This document shows positions 7,827-15,400 of a stretch of DNA of 17,067 bases, one piece after another. A model generated the notes under the pieces. That model was not told where the DNA came from, made no database searches, and saw only the letters and a list, made by a program, of their open reading frames with translations. Position 1 is the stretch's first letter, and each line of letters opens with the position of its first letter. This stretch comes from Candidatus Krumholzibacteriia bacterium (lineage in GTDB: Bacteria > Krumholzibacteriota > Krumholzibacteriia > LZORAL124-64-63): assembly GCA_046484865.1 (NCBI GenBank), contig JAWOID010000122.1:1-17067 (forward strand), read 5' to 3'. The position numbers and the translations under genes were made by a program.

Positions 7827-8549
7827 TCAGATTCGCCGCCACACCTGGATGCTGGCGCCGGAAGAAGGCGGGTCGAACGGCGCCCCCGAGAAGTCGCCCG
7901 CATGGGCTGCGAGGGCGAAACCGGCCGCCTCGTGGCGGCGGCGCGAGTCCGTCGAGGAATGGGGGTGGATCACGTCCTCGCTCACCAGTTCGCGGGCATC
8001 CCCCACCTGCCGGTGGATCCGGAACCGCACCGCGCCGGTCTCGCCGGCTGGACCGGCGGGCTGGACGTACTCGCGCAAAACCCGCTCGCCCGACGGCAGT
8101 TCGAGCGGCGGAAAGGCGTGTCGCTCCGAGCCGATCAGGGGGTCGAAATTCACGGTCTGGAAGAGCCAGCAGCCGCCGGGCTCCAGCCTGTTCGCGAGAT
8201 CGCCCAGAAACGCCGGCCACTCCGACGGCGCCAGGAACGCCATGACGTTGCCGAGGCTGTACACTCCCGCGAAGCTCCCGCGAAGCTCCGCCAGGCAACG
8301 CAAGTCGAGCTGCCTGTAGGCGGCCTGCGGATGCTCCCGCCGGGCCCGGGCGATCATGTCACCGTCGATGTCGATGCCCAGCACCTCGCGCCCGGCGGCG
8401 GCCAGCCGCGCAGCGTACGTGCCGGGACCGCAGCCCACGTCGAGCAGCCGCCCGGCCTCCGGCAGGTGGCGCTGGAGGAACGCCAGGGTGCCGGGTCGGA
8501 AGGGGAAGATCTCGTCGTAGTGGTCGGCGAACCAGCGGCGTCCGGTCAT
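7827..8549 (-). CDS. Class I SAM-dependent methyltransferase, 240 aa
   Basis: Motif I LLDVGCGPGTY, motif II VLGIDIDGDMIARAR, then YSLGN and LEPGG. The N-terminal YDEIFP is typical of one methyltransferase subfamily. ATG 8549 follows GAGGTGAGG. Confidence 0.9.
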   Translation of the reverse strand: MTGRRWFADHYDEIFPFRPGTLAFLQRHLPEAGRLLDVGCGPGTYAARLAAAGREVLGIDIDGDMIARARREHPQAAYRQLDLRCLAELRGSFAGVYSLGNVMAFLAPSEWPAFLGDLANRLEPGGCWLFQTVNFDPLIGSERHAFPPLELPSGERVLREYVQPAGPAGETGAVRFRIHRQVGDARELVSEDVIHPHSSTDSRRRHEAAGFALAAHAGDFSGAPFDPPSSGASIQVWRRI

Positions 8550-8597
8550 GTCCCTCACCTCTGGAGCAACCATGGTCGCCCGCGATCCTGCGAACTC

Positions 8598-8627
8598 ACG
8601 ATAGGCTCGCCGACCGCCCCACGGCAA
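8598..8627 (-). promoter_or_regulatory. Putative sigma70 promoter for the methyltransferase gene
   Basis: Minus strand reads TTGCCG-N18-TATCGT. Confidence 0.45.
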
Positions 8628-8696
8628 CCGCCCGCGCTGCCTTTCGGCGCGACCGCGCGCCAGGGCCGCACGGAAGGGCACCAGCGCTTCTCACCC

Positions 8697-8725
8697 TTGC
8701 CAGCGCGCGGGGTTCCCGGCATCTT
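8697..8725 (+). promoter_or_regulatory. Putative sigma70 promoter for the universal stress protein gene
   Basis: TTGCCA (8697-8702), 17-nt spacer, CATCTT (8720-8725). Confidence 0.45.
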
Positions 8726-8781
8726 TGGTGAATCCGAACTCCGGATGCGGTAGCTCCCACCGGCGATCCAGGAGGTCAGCC

Positions 8782-9258
8782 GTGCTGTCGTTCACCAAGA
8801 TCCTCTGCCCCACGGATTTCAGCGAGCCCTCGCTGTGCGCCCTGAAGGCGGCCAACGAGATGGCCCACCACTTCGACTCCGAGTTGATCCTGCTCAACAT
8901 CCGCAAGCCGATCCCGGAGATGCCGAGACCGCGGGTGAAGGCGCCCGAGACGACCTTCGATTTCTCGGGCTACGAGTCGGAACTGGACCAGCACGCGCTC
9001 GAGGCGCTCGCCACCATCCGACGGTCGGTGGTCGCTCCGCAGGTGAACACGCGGCTGCTGGTGAAAGCGGGCAAGCCCGCGGAGGAGATCCTTCGCTGCG
9101 CCCACGACGAGCGCGTGGACGCCATCTTCATGGCCACGCACGGACGAACCGGGCTGCAGCACGTGGTCTTCGGGTCGGTGGCGGAGAAGGTGGTACGACA
9201 GGCCGAATGCCCGGTGATGACGTTCAACGTCTGCGACAACCCGCGGCGCTACGGCTGA
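8782..9258 (+). CDS. Universal stress protein (UspA family), 158 aa
   Basis: Motifs KILCPTDFSEPS, GKPAEEIL and MATHGRTGLQHVVFGSVAEKVVRQAECPV. GTG 8782 follows CAGGAGGT. Confidence 0.95.
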   Translation: MLSFTKILCPTDFSEPSLCALKAANEMAHHFDSELILLNIRKPIPEMPRPRVKAPETTFDFSGYESELDQHALEALATIRRSVVAPQVNTRLLVKAGKPAEEILRCAHDERVDAIFMATHGRTGLQHVVFGSVAEKVVRQAECPVMTFNVCDNPRRYG

Positions 9259-9275
9259 TCGCCGGCGCTGTCCTT

Positions 9276-9686
9276 TCAGATGCCGCCGCGGTCGCGCCGC
9301 AGCGCGTCGTCGATCTCCAGGTCGCCGGCGAGCCGCGCCAGGAAGTGCTCCGGATCGACGATCAGCTCGCGGCCCGAGAACGCCCGCGGGCCGCTCGCCC
9401 GCTGGGCGAACAGCGACCCGTGCAGCATCCAGTTCTCGCCCTGCCGGTAGAGATAGGTCTCGCAGCGCCGCCCCCCGGCGCGGAACAAGGTGAGCGCCCG
9501 CACGATCCCTCCGTTCTCCAGCTTCAGGAAGGTCGCCGGATCCGGCACCGCGGCAGCCGGGAGCGCGCCGGGCAGCCCGGGAGCCGTATGCCACGAGAGA
9601 TCGATCAGCCGCCGCATCACTGCCAGCAGCGGCCGGCCGCCGAACTCGACCAGGTAGCGGCCGCCGCGGAGCCGTCGATAACGCAT
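9276..9686 (-). CDS. Hypothetical protein, 136 aa
   Basis: Strong RBS GGAGGAAG before ATG 9686 and GC3-rich codons. Fills the gap and converges on the USP gene. No family recognised. Confidence 0.65.
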   Translation of the reverse strand: MRYRRLRGGRYLVEFGGRPLLAVMRRLIDLSWHTAPGLPGALPAAAVPDPATFLKLENGGIVRALTLFRAGGRRCETYLYRQGENWMLHGSLFAQRASGPRAFSGRELIVDPEHFLARLAGDLEIDDALRRDRGGI

Positions 9687-9774
9687 CTTCCTCCATCCGC
9701 CCGTGCAATCCGGGGAAAACGATGTCAGGTCCGGTGCAGTCCCCTGCGACCGAGCCCTCCGCGCGGCGCAGCCT

Positions 9775-11580
9775 CTACCGTTCGCCGCTGCGCGGGGTCG
9801 GCTGGTCGGACCCGCCTTCCGGCCCGTCGGCATCGGCGCCGGCGTCACCGTGGGACGGAACGGCGTGAGGCCCCTCGATCTCCTCGAGCCGGTCCATCAG
9901 GGCCGCGAACGCCGGCAGGTCGGCCTCCACCCGGAAGGTGAGGCGAGTATCGACGGCGCCGGTCATGGCCACGAACGGCAGGGGCTCTCCCGACAGGTCC
10001 GGCAGCGGCTCGCCCATGGCTTCCACCCAGCCCGCGAAGGCGGTGAGGAACTGGCGCAGGTCGCCCAGGGTCACGCTCGTGGTACCCTCGCCGGCCTCCC
10101 GGGCACTCTCGCGCACCCGTTCGTTCACGCGGCCGCCGCCCGAGCGAACCGCTTGCACGAGGTCCGCGAGCGCCTGCTCCGCCGGATCCGCCACGATCAG
10201 CAGATGTCCCTCCAGCGCCGCCAGCCAGAAGGTCGGGTAGAGCTGCTCCACGAACGCGGCGATCGCCTGGGCGGTCTGCGCCTGCTCCGCCGGGTCCGCG
10301 GCGACGCTGTCCGCGCCGGTGACGGCACCGAGCTGTTCAGGATCGACCGCGAGGTCGAACCGGCGAGCGCGGACGCCGGCCACCGTCAGCGGATCGAGTT
10401 CCCTCACCGTGATGCCCGTCCCGAGGCCGGCCACGCCGGTGTAGAGCGACATCATCTCCTCCATCACCCGCTCCGGCTCCGGATGCTCGAGGACGCCGAT
10501 CATGCGCAGGCCCTCCGGCGCGAGGCTCAGCGAAAAGGCGTGCGGGTGCATCCACCGGCGCGAGACGTCGAGGCTGGACCGCATCCACTCGGCGTAAGCG
10601 CCGGCCGTCTCGGCAGGCACGTCGCGCGCGTTGAGGTCGATGATCAGTTCCCAGACCGGCGTGAAGCTCCGCATCAGACGGGTGGCATCCCGCGTGCTCG
10701 CCTGCAGCAGCGGCGCATCGGCGGGAAGAAATCGCGTGAGTTCGAGGGCGCGCTGGAAGTCGGGCTGGTCGCCCGGATCCAAAAGGCTCTGCGGCGCCAC
10801 GGCGAGGCTCCCGGTGACCACCTGCAGCCGATCGCCATTCTCGAGACCGAGCTCGAGGGTCTGCAGCCCGTCGAGCAATTCGAGCACGAACTCCTGCACC
10901 GCGGCGACCTGCTGCGGCTCCAGCTCGGGCGGCGGTGCTGCGGAGTCGGCGCCCCACCCGACGGCTCCGGGCTGCGACAGCGCCGTCAGGCCCAGCTGCA
11001 CCAGGGGACGATAGGCGGCGACGACGCTCGCCACGTCCATGCGCCCGGTCATGGTGCCGGCGGGCAGGTCGCTCGCCAGGGCCGCGGCCCCCGACGGTTC
11101 GTAGAGCGCGAGGTTCGAGATGCCGACGTACTCGCCGCGCACGGCGGTCTTCATGTCGCCGGCCAGCGTACGCAGCAGGGGCGGATTGAGCGCTTCCCGC
11201 TGCACGGGCAGGACGAGGGTGAAGCTCACCGGCTGCGGCGACATGGGAGCGGTCAGCGTGACGGCCACGCCCACCGGCCGGTCATCGCGGATGTACCCGG
11301 CAAGGTCCGGAGCAGTGCTGCGGATCGCCGCCGCCGGACTCTCCTCGTCGCTCCCCGTCAGTTCCCGCCAGAAGTCGTCCACCTCTGCCAGGGACGTGAA
11401 GCCCACCACCGCGGTGGCGCCGGCCGGCACCAGGGCACGGGCGTCCTCGGGCAGCTGTGCGCCGCGGGCGCCGGCGGCGGGCAGCACCACCGCGACGGCG
11501 ACGAGCGCAACCAGCGCGACGTGAACCGGGTGCCGGACGGTAGCGGCCACCGGCCACTTGCGAGACGAAGACCATGCCAT
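9775..11580 (-). CDS. Hypothetical secreted protein, 601 aa (loosely DUF3352-like architecture)
   Basis: ATG 11580 follows GGAGGAG. Signal peptide (VALVALVAVAVVLPAAGARG), an internal repeat-like pattern (ALVPAGATAVV / RFLPADAPLL) and an acidic low-complexity tail. The family assignment is weak. Confidence 0.75.
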   Translation of the reverse strand: MAWSSSRKWPVAATVRHPVHVALVALVAVAVVLPAAGARGAQLPEDARALVPAGATAVVGFTSLAEVDDFWRELTGSDEESPAAAIRSTAPDLAGYIRDDRPVGVAVTLTAPMSPQPVSFTLVLPVQREALNPPLLRTLAGDMKTAVRGEYVGISNLALYEPSGAAALASDLPAGTMTGRMDVASVVAAYRPLVQLGLTALSQPGAVGWGADSAAPPPELEPQQVAAVQEFVLELLDGLQTLELGLENGDRLQVVTGSLAVAPQSLLDPGDQPDFQRALELTRFLPADAPLLQASTRDATRLMRSFTPVWELIIDLNARDVPAETAGAYAEWMRSSLDVSRRWMHPHAFSLSLAPEGLRMIGVLEHPEPERVMEEMMSLYTGVAGLGTGITVRELDPLTVAGVRARRFDLAVDPEQLGAVTGADSVAADPAEQAQTAQAIAAFVEQLYPTFWLAALEGHLLIVADPAEQALADLVQAVRSGGGRVNERVRESAREAGEGTTSVTLGDLRQFLTAFAGWVEAMGEPLPDLSGEPLPFVAMTGAVDTRLTFRVEADLPAFAALMDRLEEIEGPHAVPSHGDAGADADGPEGGSDQPTPRSGER

Positions 11581-11624
11581 CTCTATCTCCTCCTGGACGA
11601 GCCCCCAACGTTCCGGACAGCGTT

Positions 11625-14135
11625 TCACTGCCGATCCTGCGGCACCGGCGGCGCAGCCGATTGCAGCGCCGCCAGCAGTTCGTCCGCGGGTCCCCCCTTG
11701 TGCAGGTAGATGTCGGCGCCCGCGGCGAGCATCTTCTCGGCCATGTCGGCCTCATCGTGCATCGAGAGCCCGACGATGCGCATCTGCCGCCACCGCTCCC
11801 GGATACGCCGGGCCACCTCCACGCCGCTCATGTCGGGCAGGCCGATGTCGAGCACCACCACGTCGGGCTGCAGCTGATCGGTCAACCGCAGCGCCTCGTC
11901 GCCGGTGGCGGCCTCTCCCACCACCGCCATGCCGGGGACGTCGGCGAGGAGCGCGTGCACGCCGTCGCGGACCATCGCGTGATCGTCCACGAGAAGGATC
12001 CGCACCAGCGCGTCCTCCTCCCGGACCGCGGATGCCCGGACTGCGGCGGCCACCCGGCGATCCCCGACCGCTTCAGGCCGCGGGCGCAGCAGCGGGGTGT
12101 GCGGCACCCGCAGCAGGATACGCGTTCCCCGGCCCGGCGCGCTCTCGATCACCATCTCGCCCAGGAGCAGTTCGATACGCTCGCGGATACTGAAGAGACC
12201 GTAGCCGGTGACCTGGCTCTGGTCGGCCTCCTCCGGATCGAAACCCTCGCCCTCGTCCGTGACGGCGACCTGCAACCGCAGGTCGGAGTGTTCGGTCACC
12301 ACGACCGAGGCCCGCCGGGTGCGGGCGTGCTTGACCACGTTGAAGAGCAGTTCCCGCACGGCCTGGAAGAGGAAGACGCTGAGGGTCTGCCCGGCCGGCT
12401 CGCCTTCGGCCTCGTAACTCACGCTGACCTCCAGCCCCTGGCGTTCGCGCAGCGAGCGCGCCAGCCAGTCGAGCCCCGCGGCCAGCCCCTCCTCGTAGAG
12501 GACCGGGGGGCTGAGGTCGCGGGTGAGGCTCCGCGACGCTTCGATGGCGTCGTTCAGCTGCTCGTCCACCTCCAGCGCCAGGGGGGCGAGCTCGGTGTCG
12601 CGGCAGCGAGAGCGCAGCGCTCCCAGCCGCAGCTTGGTACCGACCAGGAGCTGCTGCAGGTTGTCGTGGAGGTTCTGCGCCACCCGCCGCCGTTCGCTCT
12701 CCTCGGCCTGCGTCAACTCCAGGGCCATGTGCTGGAGCTGGCTCGCGCGCCGTTCGGCCACGCGGGTCCGTTCGGCGAGTTCGGCCTCGATACGGCGCTG
12801 GCCGGTAAGGTCGATCCCGAGGCCGACCTGCGAACCGTCCGAGAGTCGCACGTTGGCCCAGCGACTCTCCAGAAGGCTGCCGTCCTTGCAACGGGGGCGG
12901 AAGTCGCGCCACCCGGGTTCCGCCCGCACCATGAATTCCCAGACCTCGGCGCGCTCGGCGGGATCCGGGTAGAAGTGGGCCATGGGGTCGTCCATGGCCA
13001 GGATCTCCTCGGATGTCCAGCCGGTGACCCGCTCGAATTCACGGTTGATCAGGCCGAAGCTGCCATCGCCGCGATAGAAGGTCAGGAGCACCGGAATGCT
13101 GTCGAGGATCTTCTGCAGCAATTCCTGCCGCGCCACGAGCTCGGCGTTCACCTGGCTCAGCTCGGCGGTGCGTTCGGCGACCAGGATCTCCAGGCTGCGG
13201 CGCGATAGCACGGTCTCGGTGACGTCCAGCAGCATGTGGGCGAAGGCCACCACCCGCCCGGAGCGGACGATCGGCGAGAGATTCCAGTTCCACCAGGTGC
13301 GGTTTCCGTCAGTGCCGTCGAAGGGAAACTCGTAGAGGGTTCGCCCCTGCCCGGATGCGGCGACGGTCCGGAACACCTCGAGCACGCCGTTCTCCTCGGC
13401 GAGGGGGAGGTACTCCGTCAGGGAGCGGCCGATCATGCCGCCGCTCCGGTACGGTTCAGGCCAGTAATCCTGGTAGACGCGGTTGTGAGCGAGAATGCGG
13501 TACGGCGGACATGCGTCGAAGAGCGCCAGCCCTGCGGGCCCATGCTCGAAGAGCCCTTCGAGCTGCTGCGTCTTCTCCGCGAGCTGCTCCAGCGCGCTGC
13601 GACGCTCGGTCACGTCGGTGATGGTGCCGCAGAGCCGGAGAGCGCGTCCGGCGGCATCGCGACGCGCCACCAGGGCCCGGACGAGGAGCCAGCGGTAGCC
13701 GCCGGCGGCGTGGCGCAGCCTCTGCTCCATCTCCACCCGGTCGCCGGCGTCCGGACCGGCGAGGATCCTCTCCATCCGGGCGTCGGAATCCGACCGGTCT
13801 TCCGGGTGCAGGAGACCGCGGAGCCAGGTGCCGGTGGGCTCCCGCTCCAGCGGCTGGTAACCCAGGATCTCGTACCAGCGGTCGCTCATGAAGACGCTGT
13901 CGTCGTCGAGATTCCAGTCCCAGTAACCGTCGTTCGAGGCGACCAGGACCAGGTAGAGCAGCTCGCGTTCGCGACGCAGGTCACGGTCGGAACGGGCGCC
14001 GGAGCGATCGTCCGCGCCGCCTGCCTGGGCGTCGCCGGCGGTTCGCTCGTGGTCTGCGGTCCTGGCGGTTCGTTGCGGATCGGTTTCCGGCACGGGCGTC
14101 AACCACCTGGCGAGAGTCCTGTGCAACCGTAGCAT
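11625..14135 (-). CDS. Cytoplasmic hybrid histidine kinase: 3 PAS domains + HisKA_3 + HATPase + C-terminal NarL-type receiver
   Basis: PAS/PAC motifs (SNDGYWDWN...LLHPED...GYRWLLVR...GTITDVTER). H-box EESERRRVAQNLHDNLQQLL. ATPase boxes RELLFNVVKHA, DEGEGFD, GYGLFSIRER, SAPGRGT. Receiver RILLVDDHAMVR...VVLDIGLPDMSG...LSMHDE...YLHKG. No transmembrane segment seen. The start lacks a clear RBS. Confidence 0.92.
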   Translation of the reverse strand: MLRLHRTLARWLTPVPETDPQRTARTADHERTAGDAQAGGADDRSGARSDRDLRRERELLYLVLVASNDGYWDWNLDDDSVFMSDRWYEILGYQPLEREPTGTWLRGLLHPEDRSDSDARMERILAGPDAGDRVEMEQRLRHAAGGYRWLLVRALVARRDAAGRALRLCGTITDVTERRSALEQLAEKTQQLEGLFEHGPAGLALFDACPPYRILAHNRVYQDYWPEPYRSGGMIGRSLTEYLPLAEENGVLEVFRTVAASGQGRTLYEFPFDGTDGNRTWWNWNLSPIVRSGRVVAFAHMLLDVTETVLSRRSLEILVAERTAELSQVNAELVARQELLQKILDSIPVLLTFYRGDGSFGLINREFERVTGWTSEEILAMDDPMAHFYPDPAERAEVWEFMVRAEPGWRDFRPRCKDGSLLESRWANVRLSDGSQVGLGIDLTGQRRIEAELAERTRVAERRASQLQHMALELTQAEESERRRVAQNLHDNLQQLLVGTKLRLGALRSRCRDTELAPLALEVDEQLNDAIEASRSLTRDLSPPVLYEEGLAAGLDWLARSLRERQGLEVSVSYEAEGEPAGQTLSVFLFQAVRELLFNVVKHARTRRASVVVTEHSDLRLQVAVTDEGEGFDPEEADQSQVTGYGLFSIRERIELLLGEMVIESAPGRGTRILLRVPHTPLLRPRPEAVGDRRVAAAVRASAVREEDALVRILLVDDHAMVRDGVHALLADVPGMAVVGEAATGDEALRLTDQLQPDVVVLDIGLPDMSGVEVARRIRERWRQMRIVGLSMHDEADMAEKMLAAGADIYLHKGGPADELLAALQSAAPPVPQDRQ

Positions 14136-14173
14136 GCTGCGAGCCGTCTCACAACCGGGTTGCGCCGGCCCGG

Positions 14174-14635
14174 TCAGGCCTCGGCGCTGCGGGCCCGCCG
14201 GAGCATGTCGCGAGTGCGCTGATCGAACTCGGCGCCCAGCCGCTCCAGTTCGAGTTCCTCGATCAGTTCGTCAGCCAGCGCGAATCCCTCGTCCTCCTCC
14301 TCGTCGATGTGGTGCAGCAGGATCTCGCGGAAGACCCGCAACCGGGGCAGCCAGCGTTCGTTCGTCGGGTCGGCCCCGCGCAGCTTCTCCATCAGGTCCT
14401 GCAGCACGTCATGCTCCTCGACGTACTCCAGGGCCTCGGCGCGGGCCTCGGCGTCGTCGTCGAACCGCGGCAACCAGACCTGTTCCTCCCCCTCGTGATG
14501 TGCGTGGATGTCGCGGGCCAGCTCGTCGAACTGGCGGCCTGCCTCCTCCCGGTCGTTCTCGGCATGGCGCAGGATACCCTCCAGCGCCGTCCGGAACCGT
14601 TCGTGGTCCCGCCTGATCACGTCCGTGAGCTTCAT
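14174..14635 (-). CDS. Hemerythrin/HHE cation-binding domain protein, 153 aa
   Basis: Duplicated H...HxxxEE pattern: DHERF, HHEGEE, EEHDV, HHIDEEE. ATG 14635 follows GAGGAGG. Confidence 0.9.
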   Translation of the reverse strand: MKLTDVIRRDHERFRTALEGILRHAENDREEAGRQFDELARDIHAHHEGEEQVWLPRFDDDAEARAEALEYVEEHDVLQDLMEKLRGADPTNERWLPRLRVFREILLHHIDEEEDEGFALADELIEELELERLGAEFDQRTRDMLRRARSAEA

Positions 14636-14787
14636 GATCCCTCCTCGCGAACGCCATCTCTTCTCGCGTTCGTCTCCCCGATCTTCCATCATCGTGCAGG
14701 TCGGGCCCGCCCGGCGGACGGTTCGCTGGCCGGCCATCCACCCAAGCTACGCGTACCCGCAGCGTTCCACTACAGGAGGTCGTCCCG

Positions 14788-15351
14788 TTGACTCCCCTGA
14801 TCCCCCCGGAATGGCTCCCTCCTCTGATCTTCCTCGCCCGCGTGGTCGACGTCAGCCTCGGCACCCTGCGCACCATCACCGTGGTGCAGGGCCGGGTGCT
14901 GCTGGCTTCGGTGCTCGGCTTCTGCGAGGTGAGTATCTGGATCGTGGTCATCACCGAGGTGATGAAGTCGCTCGACAACCACTGGAACATGCTCGGCTGG
15001 GCCCTCGGCTTCGCCGCCGGCAACGCGGTGGGCATCATGATCGAGCGCCGACTGGCTCTCGGCCACCTCGTCGTCCGCGTCCTGAGCCGCGAGCGCGGCG
15101 ATCTCGTGGCGACCGCCCTGAGGACGCAGGGGCAGCGCGTCACGGAATTCGCCGGTCACGACCCGGACGGCGAGGTCATGCTGCTCTACCTCGTCGTCAG
15201 CCGCCCGAACAGCGGCCGGATCATGGGCGTGGCGCGCGCGGTGGATCCCGACTGCGTGGTGGTGAGCGAAGACGTGCGCGGCTACCAGCAGGCGATCCGG
15301 CCCATCGCGACGCCCCGCGGCGGCTGGCGCAGCATCGCCAAGAAGAAGTAG
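14788..15351 (+). CDS. UPF0316-type membrane protein (DUF5698 transmembrane region + DUF2179 domain)
   Basis: Motifs LIFLARVVDVSLGTLRTI, LGFCEVSIW, GFAAGNAVGIMIE, then VTEFAG...VDPDCVVVSEDVR. TTG start follows CAGGAGG. Confidence 0.85.
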   Translation: MTPLIPPEWLPPLIFLARVVDVSLGTLRTITVVQGRVLLASVLGFCEVSIWIVVITEVMKSLDNHWNMLGWALGFAAGNAVGIMIERRLALGHLVVRVLSRERGDLVATALRTQGQRVTEFAGHDPDGEVMLLYLVVSRPNSGRIMGVARAVDPDCVVVSEDVRGYQQAIRPIATPRGGWRSIAKKK

Positions 15352-15353
15352 GG

Positions 15354-15389
15354 GGAGCGGGGCCCCGCGCCTGCCCGGGTCCCCGCTCC
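15354..15389. terminator. GC-rich hairpin between convergent genes (possible bidirectional terminator)
   Basis: GGAGCGGGG-C-CCCG pairs with CGGG-T-CCCCGCTCC: 13 bp with one mismatch and an 8-nt loop. No U-tract. Confidence 0.55.
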
Positions 15390-15400
15390 GGGCCGCTCAA

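Noticed and set aside
3896..14132. Long plus-strand ORFs (592, 400, 331, 668, 544 and 298 aa) opposite minus-strand genes
   Set aside because: Antisense shadows of well-supported genes, with no recognisable domains.
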